From the NCBI GenBank assembly GCA_963612465.1, contig CAVDUV010000006.1, positions 36,732 through 100,731 on the forward strand: DNA of 64,000 nucleotides, written 5' to 3'. Origin of the DNA: Bacteroidaceae bacterium. Lineage in GTDB: Bacteria > Bacteroidota > Bacteroidia > Bacteroidales > Muribaculaceae. A model generated the notes under the pieces. That model was not told the DNA's origin and searched no databases. It saw nothing but the letters and a program-made list of their open reading frames with translations. This document shows, piece by piece, positions 44,269-55,306 of this stretch (the first letter of the stretch is position 1; each line of letters starts with the position of its first letter). The translations under genes were made by a program, and so were the position numbers.

Positions 44269-45861
44269 ATGATAAGAAAATACGACTATTTGATAATCGG
44301 TTCTGGCGTGGCAGGCATGAGCTTTGCACTAAAAGTGGCCAAAACCGGTACGGTGGCGCTGATTTGCAAGACGTCGCTCGACGAGGCCAACACCGACTTG
44401 GCACAAGGCGGCGTGGCTTCGGTAACCAATTTGCTCGTCGACGACTTCGACAAGCACATCCACGACACAATGGTGGCTGGCGACTGGCTCAGTGATCCCG
44501 ATGCCGTGCGCAAGGTGGTGACCGAGGCTCCCGGCCAAATCAAGCAGTTGGTGGAGTGGGGCGTGAGCTTCGACAAAAAGGCCGACGGAACCTACGACCT
44601 TCACCGCGAGGGCGGACACTCTGAGTTCCGCATTCTGCACCACGCCGACAACACCGGGCACGAAATACAGCAGTCGCTTGTGAAGGCCATCAAGGCCAAC
44701 GACAAAATCGATGTCTATGACAACCACTTTGCCGTTGAGGTTATCACCCAGCACCATTTGGGCAAGATTGTAACCCGACGCACCCCCGACATTGAGTGCT
44801 ATGGCGCTTACGTCCTCAATCAAGCCACAGGCAAGGTCGACACGTTTCTCTCGCGTGTGACGCTTATGGCCACTGGCGGCGTTGGTTCGGTTTATCGCAC
44901 CACCACCAATCCCCTTATTGCCACAGGCGACGGCATCGCCATGGTGTATCGTGCCAAGGGCACGGTGCAAGACATGGAGTTTGTGCAGTTCCACCCCACA
45001 GCCCTTTATCACCCGGGCGACCGCCCTGCATTTCTCATCACCGAGGCAATGCGTGGCTATGGAGCAGTGCTGCGCAACTTGTCGGGCGATGAATTCATGC
45101 ACAAGTATGACCCGCGTCTGTCGCTTGCACCGCGCGACGTGGTGGCTCGTGCCATCGACAATGAGATGAAGCAGCGTGGCGACGACCACGTCTACCTCGA
45201 CGTTACGCACAAAGACCCCGAGCAGACCAAGCTCCATTTCCCCAACATCTACAAGCATTGCCTGGGCATAGGCATCGACATCACCAAGGATTACATCCCC
45301 GTGGCACCGGCAGCCCACTATCTGTGTGGCGGCATCAAGGTCGACCTCAATGCCTGCTCTTCAATCAAGCGGCTCTATGCCGTGGGCGAATGCTCGTGCA
45401 CCGGACTGCATGGTGGCAACCGCCTGGCTTCAAATTCGCTCATAGAGGCTGTGGTATATGCCGATGCAGCTGCCAAGCACGCCATTGAGCACCACAACGA
45501 CTATAACTGGCGCGACGATGTGCCCGAATGGAACGATGAAGGCACGCAGCACCCCGAGGAGATGGTGCTTATCAGCCAAAGCGAGAAGGAAGTGGGCGAG
45601 ATAATGAGCACCTATGTGGGCATAGTGCGCAGCAACCTGCGCCTCGACCGCGCTTGGAACCGCCTCGACATCCTCTATGAAGAGACCGAGAAGCTGTTTA
45701 AGGAGAGCAAGGTGTCGCGTCGCATCTGCGAGTTGCGCAACATCATCAATGTGGGCTATCTGATTATGCGTCAGGCAAAGGAGCGCAAGGAGTCGCGCGG
45801 CCTGCATTACACCATCGATTATCCGCCGAAACCCAAGAATGCCGAAGACCTTAAGTTTTGA
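44269..45861 (+). CDS. nadB: L-aspartate oxidase
   Basis: FAD fold DYLIIGSGVAGMS. Typical NadB segments (HRAKGTV-like, FHPTAL, RLASNSLIE). Confidence 0.9.
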   Translation: MIRKYDYLIIGSGVAGMSFALKVAKTGTVALICKTSLDEANTDLAQGGVASVTNLLVDDFDKHIHDTMVAGDWLSDPDAVRKVVTEAPGQIKQLVEWGVSFDKKADGTYDLHREGGHSEFRILHHADNTGHEIQQSLVKAIKANDKIDVYDNHFAVEVITQHHLGKIVTRRTPDIECYGAYVLNQATGKVDTFLSRVTLMATGGVGSVYRTTTNPLIATGDGIAMVYRAKGTVQDMEFVQFHPTALYHPGDRPAFLITEAMRGYGAVLRNLSGDEFMHKYDPRLSLAPRDVVARAIDNEMKQRGDDHVYLDVTHKDPEQTKLHFPNIYKHCLGIGIDITKDYIPVAPAAHYLCGGIKVDLNACSSIKRLYAVGECSCTGLHGGNRLASNSLIEAVVYADAAAKHAIEHHNDYNWRDDVPEWNDEGTQHPEEMVLISQSEKEVGEIMSTYVGIVRSNLRLDRAWNRLDILYEETEKLFKESKVSRRICELRNIINVGYLIMRQAKERKESRGLHYTIDYPPKPKNAEDLKF

Positions 45862-45919
45862 TTAGGTTTTGCCTTTTGCCCCATGTGGGGCGGGTAGGGG
45901 CATTACATAACACATAGTG

Positions 45920-45965
45920 CTGCGGCACCGGTTCCTTTTCAGGCCGGTGCCGCAGTCGCTTTTGG
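45920..45965 (+). terminator. rho-independent terminator after nadB
   Basis: ctgcggcaccgg / ccggtgccgcag is a 12-bp stem followed by tcgctttt. Confidence 0.7.
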
Positions 45966-46190
45966 CGGATAACTGCGTGGTGAAGCGTAAGGAGGGTCCG
46001 GATTTTAATGGGCCGTCTGCAAAAAAATGAATTGTTTTTCAGCGACGGGAAAATCAACATTTCATTCACTTTTAACAATTGGAATGTTGCGATTATGTGT
46101 TCATTTCGTTAATTTTGTGACGCTTCAGCACTATTCGATACTTGAAGACCAAGATTCAACTAATTAATTATCATAAAACAACTACACACT

Positions 46191-47546
46191 ATGAACCAAG
46201 ACGCCATTTACGCCTTTGTCAGGCAAATCAACTCCGATTTTTTCGGGCCCGCATTAGTGTTCCTCCTTCTGGGCGCTGGACTCTATTTCACTTTCAGGCT
46301 AAACTTTGTGCCGCGTTATCTCTTTCGCACGGTGAAAGGTCTTTTCACCAAGCGCGATAAGTCGCGTGCCAGCCGCTCCGATGGCATCAGCGCATTCCAG
46401 GCACTGGCCACAGCGGTGGCCTCGCAAGTGGGTACGGGCAACATTGTGGGCGTGTCGATGGCTATGTTCATGGGTGGCCCTGGTGCTTTGTTCTGGCTTT
46501 GGGCAAGTGCCATGCTCGGCATGTCGACCAATTTTGCCGAGGCCATATTGGGTCAGAAATATAAAACCCACACTGCCGACGGTCACATAATCGGCGGTCC
46601 GGCTTACTACATACGCAATGGCTTGGGCAGCCGTGTGCTGGCCGGCATATTCTCGGTGTGCTTTATTTTGGCACTCTCAATAGGCATCATGGTGCAGTCC
46701 AACAGCATCAGCGGAGCCATGGACACTCTGTTCCATGGTCATGTGCAGGCTATTTGGTTTGGCGTGTGCTTGGCCATATTGGTGTCACTCATCTTGTCGG
46801 GAGGAATTGAGCGCATAGCCCCGTTTGCGGAGCGTGTGGTGCCATTGATGGCCGGATTGTTCATTGTGGGAAGTCTTGTGTTTATATGCCTGCATCTCAC
46901 AAGCGTGATTCCTGCCCTTGCCGATGTGTTCAAGTATGCTTTCACAGCCAAGGCAGGTGTGGGCGGAGCCACGGGCATAGCTGTGATGACGGCCGTGCGC
47001 TACGGCGTGAATCGTGGCTTGTTCAGCAACGAAGCCGGCTTGGGTACCACGCCACATGCCCACGCCATTGCAAAGGTGCGCAATGCTTACGACCAGGGTC
47101 TGATTGCCATGGTGGGCATTGCTGTCGATTTGCTTGTGTGCACGCTCACAGGGCTGTCGCTTTTGCTGTCGGGGGCGCTCGACCAAACCAGCCTTAACGG
47201 AATCCAGCTTATGCAATATGCCTTTGGCACCAAGTTTGGTGTGGTGGGCGACTGGATCATAGCCGTGTCGCTGTTCTTTTTTGCACTCAGCACCATGGTG
47301 GGGTGGTACTTCTTTGCGGCGCAAAACGTGCGCTATCTTTTCGGTGAGCGCCCAATCATAGCCTACCGTGTGATAGTGGTGCTGCTTGTGGTGCTGGCCT
47401 CAGTGGTTGAGGTGCCGCTTATATGGGAACTTTCCGACACGTTCAACTTCTTCGTGGTTGTGGCCAACGTCATAGCAATCCTATGGCTGTCACCCAAGGT
47501 GGTTGAAGAGGTGCGCCGCATGCGCAAGGATTTTGGCAGCAAGTGA
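46191..47546 (+). CDS. alanine/glycine:cation symporter (AGCS) family transporter
   Basis: ISAFQALATAVASQVGTGNIVGV and FSNEAGLGT motifs. 451 aa, polytopic. Confidence 0.85.
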   Translation: MNQDAIYAFVRQINSDFFGPALVFLLLGAGLYFTFRLNFVPRYLFRTVKGLFTKRDKSRASRSDGISAFQALATAVASQVGTGNIVGVSMAMFMGGPGALFWLWASAMLGMSTNFAEAILGQKYKTHTADGHIIGGPAYYIRNGLGSRVLAGIFSVCFILALSIGIMVQSNSISGAMDTLFHGHVQAIWFGVCLAILVSLILSGGIERIAPFAERVVPLMAGLFIVGSLVFICLHLTSVIPALADVFKYAFTAKAGVGGATGIAVMTAVRYGVNRGLFSNEAGLGTTPHAHAIAKVRNAYDQGLIAMVGIAVDLLVCTLTGLSLLLSGALDQTSLNGIQLMQYAFGTKFGVVGDWIIAVSLFFFALSTMVGWYFFAAQNVRYLFGERPIIAYRVIVVLLVVLASVVEVPLIWELSDTFNFFVVVANVIAILWLSPKVVEEVRRMRKDFGSK

Positions 47547-47644
47547 CATGGCCTTCTATATCGGCTTGATGCCGATGCAGTAATGATGCCAGCGTAAAGG
47601 CTAATTGCGCCTGACTGCGGCATTTGCCGGTCAATAACTTCTTA

Positions 47645-47691
47645 AATCAGGGCTCATTGTGTGGTAAAAGGGCACAATGAGCCTTGATTTT
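47645..47691 (+). terminator. hairpin terminator after the AGCS gene
   Basis: aatcagggctcattgtg / cacaatgagccttgatt (17 bp, 1 mismatch) followed by tttt. Confidence 0.65.
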
Positions 47692-47893
47692 GCTCACGGA
47701 CACTGATTTTAACAGTATGGTTATTGCCCTTTTGGATTTTATTAACTACTTTTGAATCCTTTTGTGCCTTTTTTGCCGTGCGAAGGCGTTATTGCTGTCG
47801 CTATATGGCAATGCCATGCACATGACCGGGCCTATCGTAGGATAAATTAAATATAAACATAAATACTCTTTTTAACAACACTGACACAAGGTT

Positions 47894-50650
47894 ATGAAAC
47901 TAAAACTGTTTTTGCTACTCACGCTGCTCGTGAGTCTGCCGGCAATTGCCCAGCAGGCATCGCTACGCGGCGTGGTGATCAACTCCAAGAGCAGCCAGCC
48001 GGTGGCAGGACTCACTGTGATGCTCAACGGGCAGGGGGCTTCGGCCACCACCGGGCCCAACGGTGACTTCTTGATTACTGGCGCCCAGGCCGGAAGCGAC
48101 CAGCTTCTGGTGCTAGGATATGGCTTTAAGGACTTGGCACTCGATGTGACAATTCCTGCCGGCGGAACCACCGACGTGGGCACCCTCAAGGTGGTGCCGT
48201 CAGACTTCAGCGAAGGTGCTGCCTACACCGAAGCCTCGCGCGACTTTACGCTGAGCGAGTCGCAACTTGAAGACGAGGAGGGTAACTCGCAAGCGGTGGG
48301 TATGCTCACCGGTGCGACCGACAACCCGTTCTACCAGGCTGCAAGTTACAACTTCTCGGCCATGCGGTTCCGCCAGCGCGGCTACAACAGCGAGTACACC
48401 TCCACTTACATCAATGGCATCAATTTCAACGATGCCGCACGTGGCCGGTTCAACTACTCGATGCTTGGCGGTCTTAACCAGGCTTTCAAAAACAAATCAA
48501 TAGGTATTGGCCTCGAGTCGACCAACTTTGGCTTTGGCGACGTGGGCGGTGCCAACAACATCACCACTTATGCCAAGGATTATGCCCCCGGCTTCCGCGG
48601 AAGCGTTGCTTACACTAACTCCAACTACCGCTGGCGTGGCATGGCCACTTACAGCACTGGCATGACCGAAAAGGGCTGGGCGCTGACGTTGTCGGCCATC
48701 GGCCGCTATGCCAACGAAGGCGTTATCCCGGGATCGTTCTATAATAGCTGGGGCTACTTCCTTGCCGTGCAGAAGCAACTGGGACAAAACCACTCGCTGG
48801 CTCTCACCACATTTGGCGCTCCCACATCGCGCGCAAGCAACTCGGCCACATTCGAGGAGGCTTATCAGCTCACTGGCAACAACCTCTATAACAGCAACTG
48901 GGGTTGGCAAAACGGCAAGAAGCGCAATGCCAAGGTGGTTGATTCCTTCGACCCCACAGTGCTGCTCAACTGGATATGGGACATCAAACCCGGCACCAAA
49001 CTCAACACCGGTGTGGGTTTCCACAAGTCGTTCTACGCATCATCGGCGCTCAACTGGTATAATGCCCGTGACCCGCGCCCCGACTATTACCGCTATCTGC
49101 CCAGCTACTATTCCGACAATCAGGAAATCGTAGACCTCTACACCGATAAGTGGACCAACGACGAGAGCTTCCGCCAGATTAACTGGGATGAGCTGTATCA
49201 GGTGAACCAACTCAACTCTTACATGGCCGATAAAACAGGCACTGAGAAAGGTTCAACCTACATTCTCGAGAAGCGCCACAGCAACCAGGCAAGCTGGATG
49301 CTGAGCACCAATCTCAACTCGCGCTTGAGCAATGTGCTCACCCTGCAAGGTGGTGCAAGCGCCAACTACACAGTGTCGTCATACTACAAGACCATAAAAG
49401 ACTTGCTTGGCGGCCGCTACTGGACCGACGTTGACCAGTATGCCGAGCGTGACTTCCCGAGTGACCCCAACATGGCACAAAACGACCTGAACAACCCCAA
49501 CCGTCGCGTGGGGGTGGGCGACCGTTTCGGCTATGATTACAACATCAATTCAATCAATGCACAGCTTTGGTTGCAGAACACGCTCAACCTGGCTCACTGG
49601 GATCTCAACTATGGAGCCGATGTGCGCTACACCTCATATCAGCGCGATGGTAAGATGCGCAATGGCCGTGCGCCCGAAAACTCTTACGGCAAGGGCGTCC
49701 GCCACAATTTCGTTGACTGGAGCGTGAAGGCCGGAGCAGTCTACAAGCTCGATGGCCGCAACAGCTTCCACTTCCATGCCTATTATGGAACACATGCTCC
49801 GCTGTCAAACAACGCCTATGTGTCGCCCCGCATCAAAGACGATGTGATCACCGACCTCAAGAGCGAGCGCATCCTGTCGGGCGACGTGAGCTATGTGTGG
49901 AACTACCGCCGCTTCATGGGTTCAATCACCGGCTATTGGACCGAGTTCTGGGACCAAACCGAGCGCACTTCGTTCTACGACGACCTCAATAGCACTTTCA
50001 TGAACTATGCCCTGACCGGTGTGCGCAAGGAGCACAAGGGTGTGGAAGTGGGACTTGCCTACAAGGTGACCTCGTCGGTGACAATGAGCATCGCAGCCAA
50101 CTTGGCCCGCTATCAATACAAGAACCGTCCGACCGGCACGCGCAGCTATGAGAATGGCTCGCAGCCCGATGTGACTCAAACGGTGTATCTGAAGAATTTC
50201 TATGTGGGTGGCACTCCGCAAGAAGCCTACTCAATCGGTTTCAACTGGGCGGCTCCCAAGCAGTGGTTCTTTGAGGTCAACGGTGTGTGGATGAACCGTG
50301 CCTATATCGACCTTTCGCCCATACGTCACGAGGCTATGGACAACCTCTACACCACAGTGGAAACCCAGGCTGAGCTTGAGGCCAAACTGAAGGAAATCAC
50401 CACTCAGGAGAAACTTAACGAGGCTTTGGTTATCAACATGAGCATTGGTAAGCTCATTTACCTCAACCGCACCGCTTCGCTTAACATCAACCTCACCCTC
50501 AACAACCTGCTCGACAACCGCAATATCCAGACGGGCGGCTACCAGCAGGGTCGATTCGACTACACCAACTTCACCACCACCAAGTATCCCAACAAACTTT
50601 ACTATGGCCAGGGATTCAGAATGTATCTCAACCTGGGAGTACGGTTCTGA
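47894..50650 (+). CDS. TonB-dependent outer-membrane receptor (CarboxypepD_reg N-terminal domain)
   Basis: Signal peptide. LRGVVINSKSSQPVAGLTVML regulatory-like domain, plug region, C-terminal ...YLNLGVRF ending in Phe. Confidence 0.85.
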   Translation: MKLKLFLLLTLLVSLPAIAQQASLRGVVINSKSSQPVAGLTVMLNGQGASATTGPNGDFLITGAQAGSDQLLVLGYGFKDLALDVTIPAGGTTDVGTLKVVPSDFSEGAAYTEASRDFTLSESQLEDEEGNSQAVGMLTGATDNPFYQAASYNFSAMRFRQRGYNSEYTSTYINGINFNDAARGRFNYSMLGGLNQAFKNKSIGIGLESTNFGFGDVGGANNITTYAKDYAPGFRGSVAYTNSNYRWRGMATYSTGMTEKGWALTLSAIGRYANEGVIPGSFYNSWGYFLAVQKQLGQNHSLALTTFGAPTSRASNSATFEEAYQLTGNNLYNSNWGWQNGKKRNAKVVDSFDPTVLLNWIWDIKPGTKLNTGVGFHKSFYASSALNWYNARDPRPDYYRYLPSYYSDNQEIVDLYTDKWTNDESFRQINWDELYQVNQLNSYMADKTGTEKGSTYILEKRHSNQASWMLSTNLNSRLSNVLTLQGGASANYTVSSYYKTIKDLLGGRYWTDVDQYAERDFPSDPNMAQNDLNNPNRRVGVGDRFGYDYNINSINAQLWLQNTLNLAHWDLNYGADVRYTSYQRDGKMRNGRAPENSYGKGVRHNFVDWSVKAGAVYKLDGRNSFHFHAYYGTHAPLSNNAYVSPRIKDDVITDLKSERILSGDVSYVWNYRRFMGSITGYWTEFWDQTERTSFYDDLNSTFMNYALTGVRKEHKGVEVGLAYKVTSSVTMSIAANLARYQYKNRPTGTRSYENGSQPDVTQTVYLKNFYVGGTPQEAYSIGFNWAAPKQWFFEVNGVWMNRAYIDLSPIRHEAMDNLYTTVETQAELEAKLKEITTQEKLNEALVINMSIGKLIYLNRTASLNINLTLNNLLDNRNIQTGGYQQGRFDYTNFTTTKYPNKLYYGQGFRMYLNLGVRF

Positions 50651-50737
50651 TGGTGAGGCGTCAACGATGAATCACAAACACCATATTACAATAAACAAAC
50701 AAAGAAAAAGTTACAATATATCACACATATAAAAATT

Positions 50738-53047
50738 ATGAAAGGTATAAAGACGATATTAAGTGCAATGCTCCTCGCCACCATGGCCGTGAGCTGCAAC
50801 GACAATTTCGACACCCCGCCAATGGTGACCCCTACGGCTCAAGACAAAGCCAATATCACCATTGCCGAGTTTAAGGAAAAATACTGGCAGGACGCTCCCA
50901 ACTACATCGACACCGTGAAAGAAGACCTGGTGATTGCCGGACGCGTGGTGAGCAGCGATGCCTCGGGTAACATCTACAAGAGCCTCTACATTCAAGACGA
51001 GAGCGGAGCCTTGACCATGAGCATCAACTCAAGCAGCCTCTACACCACCTATCGCGTGGGTCAGGAGATTGTGATTCCTCTCAAGGATATGTATGTGGGC
51101 AAATACAATGGCCAGCAGCAGCTCGGCTATCCCGATTATTATGAAAAAGGCAGTGTGTGGGAAGCCACATTCATGTCGCTCGAACTCTTTAAGGCGCATG
51201 CGCAGCTCAATGGTCTGCCCGACCCCGACAAGGTGCAGCCTGTGACTTGCAATATCACCGACCTTGCACACGATGCAGCCACCCTGCGCAAGTGGCAAGG
51301 CCAGCTGGTGCGCTTCGACAATGTCAAGTTCTCTGACGCCGACGGCACTGTGACATATGCCGATGAGAGTGCGTCGACCAACCGCAATATAGAAGACGAG
51401 TCGGGCAACACACTGGTTGTGCGCAACAGCAACTATGCCACATTCCGCAGCTCAATCCTGCCGCTTGGCAAGGGCAGCGTGATAGGTGTGCTCAGCTACT
51501 ACAACACCCGCGCAGGCAGCAATGGCACATGGCAGCTCTACATACGCTCTACCGACGACTGCATTGGTTTCTCAACCAGCACCAAGGGTACTGTCAACGA
51601 TCCCTATACCATCGATGAGGCCATTGAGGGACAAGGCACCAAGAGCGGATGGCTCACCGGCTATGTGGTGGGTGCTGTGGCTCCCGAGGTGACTACCGTA
51701 AAGAGCAACGCCGATGTGGAGTGGAGCGCTCCCACCACACTCGACAACACACTCGTGATAGCTCCATCGGCCGACTGCCGCGACTATACTAAGTGCGTGG
51801 CCATCTCGTTGCCGCAGAGCACACCGTTCCGCACTCAGGCCAACCTCAAGGACAACGTGGAGGTGCTCGGCACTCAAATTTGGGTGAAAGGCTCGTTTGC
51901 AAGCTATATGGGCATGGCCGGCGTGACCGGCAACAGCGGTTCTACCGACGAGTTCCGCCTCTCGGTGAGCACCGGCGGCGTGACAAGCCTCAACGAAGGC
52001 TTCGAGAGCGGCATCCCGTCGACTTGGACCAACTTGAAGGTGCAAGGCAACAAAGACTACTTCATTGCTACCTACAATGGCAACTCATATGCAAAGGTGA
52101 CCGGCTATAACGGCACCGCTCCGTTCGACTCTTGGCTCATTACTCCGGCCATCAACATCAAGAAGGCCGAGAAGCGCATACTCTCGTTCCGCACATGCGT
52201 CAATGCTTACAGCTCTACTGAGACTAAATTTGAGGTTTATGTGATGTCGACTGCCGACCCCAGCACTGCCAAGATGCAGAAGCTGAGCCCCGTTTTGGCC
52301 ACAGCTCCGTCTTCGGGCTTCAGCGACTGGGTGGAGAGCGGCAACCTCGACCTCAGCGAATGGGCCGACGGAACCTACTACATCGGCTTCCGCTACACCT
52401 CGCCCAAGGCCGACAACTATGCCACATGGCAGCTCGACGACGTGAAGTTTGGCGAGGGCTCGTCGGTTGATCCTCCCACACCGCAAAGCGGCACCCGTGC
52501 CGACCTTGAGACGCTGAACAATGGCACTGCCAGTGGCTTCTATGGCACCTATAAGACCTCGGCCGGATGGGTGGCTACCAACTGCAATGTGCTTAAGGGT
52601 GGTGACGTCGACAGCAACCCCACATTTAAGTTCATCGGTTTCAAGACGGGCTCTACTTCTGAATATGCCTACGCTGCTTGCCTCAATGGCAAGGTGGGCG
52701 CTGCAGGAACTCTGGTGTCGCCCGAGCTTACTGGCGGCATTGCAAGCCTCAGTTTCAACTATGGTCTGCCTTATACCGAGGCTAGCGGTGTAAAATTCCG
52801 TGTCGATGTGAAGCAGGCCGGTACAGTGGTCAAGACATTCACCGTTGAGAAGTCGGATGCTGCCAAGTACACAGCCTACACCTTCACTGAAGATGTGGAT
52901 GTGGCTGGAAACTACACTATCGAGTTCACCAACTTGTCGCCGTCGGCTAATTCCGAATCCAACAAAGACCGCACAGCCATTTGGAACGTGACTTGGACAC
53001 AACCCTCGACCAAGGTTGCACGCAATGCACGCTCTTATGTGCGCTGA
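50738..53047 (+). CDS. surface lipoprotein with OB-fold-like N-terminal domain (DUF5689-like) and choice-of-anchor-J-like C-terminal domains
   Basis: Lipobox ATMAVSC. Domain names are from memory of the families, not searched. Lies directly downstream of the TBDR. Confidence 0.6.
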   Translation: MKGIKTILSAMLLATMAVSCNDNFDTPPMVTPTAQDKANITIAEFKEKYWQDAPNYIDTVKEDLVIAGRVVSSDASGNIYKSLYIQDESGALTMSINSSSLYTTYRVGQEIVIPLKDMYVGKYNGQQQLGYPDYYEKGSVWEATFMSLELFKAHAQLNGLPDPDKVQPVTCNITDLAHDAATLRKWQGQLVRFDNVKFSDADGTVTYADESASTNRNIEDESGNTLVVRNSNYATFRSSILPLGKGSVIGVLSYYNTRAGSNGTWQLYIRSTDDCIGFSTSTKGTVNDPYTIDEAIEGQGTKSGWLTGYVVGAVAPEVTTVKSNADVEWSAPTTLDNTLVIAPSADCRDYTKCVAISLPQSTPFRTQANLKDNVEVLGTQIWVKGSFASYMGMAGVTGNSGSTDEFRLSVSTGGVTSLNEGFESGIPSTWTNLKVQGNKDYFIATYNGNSYAKVTGYNGTAPFDSWLITPAINIKKAEKRILSFRTCVNAYSSTETKFEVYVMSTADPSTAKMQKLSPVLATAPSSGFSDWVESGNLDLSEWADGTYYIGFRYTSPKADNYATWQLDDVKFGEGSSVDPPTPQSGTRADLETLNNGTASGFYGTYKTSAGWVATNCNVLKGGDVDSNPTFKFIGFKTGSTSEYAYAACLNGKVGAAGTLVSPELTGGIASLSFNYGLPYTEASGVKFRVDVKQAGTVVKTFTVEKSDAAKYTAYTFTEDVDVAGNYTIEFTNLSPSANSESNKDRTAIWNVTWTQPSTKVARNARSYVR

Positions 53048-53091
53048 TTACAATGAATGCTGATTAATTAGTAATATAAATCTGTAAATTC

Positions 53092-53142
53092 ACGGCGGGA
53101 AGCATGCCTTTTGTATGGGGCTGCTTCCTGCCGTTGTTTTTT
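53092..53142 (+). terminator. rho-independent terminator
   Basis: acggcgggaagca / tgcttcctgccgt stem followed by tgtttttt. Confidence 0.7.
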
Positions 53143-53256
53143 GGCTTGCGCTGCATTTTTGCAGCCGTGTGGTGATTATGAAATCAGCGTTTGCATCGTC
53201 GACAAATATTCTTTAACTTTGCATGTTAATATCAACACGATTAATATGTCCTTACA

Positions 53257-53964
53257 ATGAGAGTAAAGATACACCGCGAAGGTCAAAATATCATATTCGC
53301 CCTGCTGTTCATATTACTGGCAATTGATGTGCCCGCATATATGTTCATAGAATACCGTCCCATACCCATAGCCATGATAGTGGTGTCGGTGGTGGTGTTC
53401 TTGCTTGTGGTCAATTTCTTCCGTTTGCCTAAACGCCATTTCAAGCATTGCGACGATCCGTTGGCAGTGGTCGCCTCGGTTGACGGCACTGTGGTGGCGC
53501 TCGAAGAGGTGTACGAGGATGAATACCTGCACTGCAACATGATTCAGTTGTCGATATTCATGTCGGTTTTCAATGTGCATGCCAACTGGACTCCGGTTTC
53601 GGGTTTGGTGAAGTATGTCAAGCACCATGCCGGACGCTTCATGGCGGCCTATCTGCCCAAGTCGAGTACCGACAACGAGCGCTCGGCAATAGTGATTGAG
53701 GCCAACAATGGGCACGACATAATGGTCAGGCAGATTGCCGGTGCTGTGGCCCGCCGCATAGTCACCTATGTGGAACCGGGTGAGCGTGTTGACTTTGACG
53801 ACCATATAGGCTTTATTAAGTTTGGGTCGCGCGTGGATGTGTATCTTCCGCTCGATACCGAGATATTTGTGAAATTAGGCGACAAGACGTGGGGTGGAGA
53901 GACCCTGGTTGCCCGTCTAAAACCAGCTGAAAACAATGAAAATCCTGAAAGCAATAAGGAATAA
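53257..53964 (+). CDS. psd: phosphatidylserine decarboxylase proenzyme
   Basis: FMSVFNVHANWTPVSG and GFIKFGSRVDVYLP (GS cleavage site). Confidence 0.9.
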   Translation: MRVKIHREGQNIIFALLFILLAIDVPAYMFIEYRPIPIAMIVVSVVVFLLVVNFFRLPKRHFKHCDDPLAVVASVDGTVVALEEVYEDEYLHCNMIQLSIFMSVFNVHANWTPVSGLVKYVKHHAGRFMAAYLPKSSTDNERSAIVIEANNGHDIMVRQIAGAVARRIVTYVEPGERVDFDDHIGFIKFGSRVDVYLPLDTEIFVKLGDKTWGGETLVARLKPAENNENPESNKE

Positions 53965-54658
53965 TATACCCAATGCAATCACTTGCTGCAATTTGTTGTG
54001 CGGTGTGCTTGCCTCGGTAGCCTCGTTCAGCACTTTCGACCAGGTGGGCGTGTGTGGCCTTCAGGGCTATCAGGCCGCTTTCGCATTGATTGCCCTCGGG
54101 GCAGTATTCGACTTTTTCGATGGTTTCGTGGCACGCCTGTTAGGCGCGTCGAGTCCGCTTGGTAAGGAGCTCGATTCGCTCAGCGACTCGGTGAGCTTCG
54201 GCTTGGCGCCGGCCCTGGTGCTCTATAACATGATGCACTTGGCCAATCCGGGCAGCGTGCTTTGCTTTGGCGCTCTCATAATTCCGGTGTTTGGCGCATT
54301 GCGTCTGGCCAAGTTCAACGTCGACACCACGCAGACGACCACGTTCCGTGGCCTGCCCATTCCGTCGAATGCCATATTCTGGATAGGGTTCACGTCGTGG
54401 TATGCCAACCACCACACCGCAAGCCAGTGGTTTGTGCTCGCACTTGCGCTTGTGCTGTCGTTGCTCATGGTGTGCAACTTGCGCATGTTCTCGCTCAAGC
54501 TTCACAGCCTGTCGCTCAAGAAGAGTTTCCGCCAGTGGCTGCTGGCTGTGGCATTTGTGACGTTTGTGGCCATTGCCGGGCTTGAGGGGCTTGCATGGGG
54601 CATCGTGTTCTATGTGGTTCTCTCTGCCGTTGCCGGCACGGGAGCTAAGGAGGCTTGA
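53936..54658 (+). CDS. pssA: CDP-diacylglycerol--serine O-phosphatidyltransferase
   Basis: CDP-alcohol phosphatidyltransferase motif DFFDGFVARLLGASSPLGKELDSLSD. Overlaps psd by 29 nt. Confidence 0.9.
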   Translation: MKILKAIRNNIPNAITCCNLLCGVLASVASFSTFDQVGVCGLQGYQAAFALIALGAVFDFFDGFVARLLGASSPLGKELDSLSDSVSFGLAPALVLYNMMHLANPGSVLCFGALIIPVFGALRLAKFNVDTTQTTTFRGLPIPSNAIFWIGFTSWYANHHTASQWFVLALALVLSLLMVCNLRMFSLKLHSLSLKKSFRQWLLAVAFVTFVAIAGLEGLAWGIVFYVVLSAVAGTGAKEA

Positions 54659-54867
54659 TTGCCGACTGCGATACAATGAAGGATTGTTAACCTGATTTTG
54701 GCGTTTTTTAAGTGAACCTGATGCCGCCGTGGCACGATGTTTGCTCTTTAATAAGTGTCTGAGCAAGGCGGGGAGGAATGAGTTTGGCATCCTCGGCTCC
54801 AATTGCCAAGACGGAATTTTTTGAGACAAATCAGTAATAACTTGATTCCTTTAAAATCCACACGGCT

Positions 54868-55188
54868 ATGTTTACATTTCTCTTTTTACTGCTGCTGGTT
54901 TTCTTCCTTTGGCCCATCTTTGGCTTGGCGTTGAAACTGTTCAGGCTTAAGCGCAGTGTGCGCCGCGCTTGGGAAGGTGCGGGGCAGGCAGCCTCAGGAC
55001 GACCCGAAGGCTTCTCGGCCGACAGCCGTCAAAAGGTGTATGGCAGCTCCGTTGGCGAATATGTGGATTTTGAGGAGGTACCCGATGCTGAGCCCCGTCG
55101 GCAGTCCGTCAGCTCGCAAGCGGCCGACGATGATGATTTCGTGCCCGAGAGCCAGGTGGTGGATGCCGAGTTTGAGGAGATTCCTTAG
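54868..55188 (+). CDS. DUF4834-like small membrane protein
   Basis: N-terminal TM helix MFTFLFLLLLVFFLWPIFGL with an acidic C-terminus (YVDFEEV). Confidence 0.55.
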   Translation: MFTFLFLLLLVFFLWPIFGLALKLFRLKRSVRRAWEGAGQAASGRPEGFSADSRQKVYGSSVGEYVDFEEVPDAEPRRQSVSSQAADDDDFVPESQVVDAEFEEIP

Positions 55189-55306
55189 TGTTAAGGTTTA
55201 ATACGCACAGGCTTGAGAGGCTGTGCTCATGTGATTCGTGCCATTGCTTGATGGTACGTTTTTTTTCGCTACTTTTGCAAATAGAATAAAGAAAAATAAA
55301 TTCATC

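Noticed and set aside
47692-47893. Possible riboswitch (for example cobalamin) upstream of the TonB-dependent receptor.
   Set aside because: No B12-box-like or other riboswitch core sequence was recognisable by eye. An Rfam scan would be needed to settle it.
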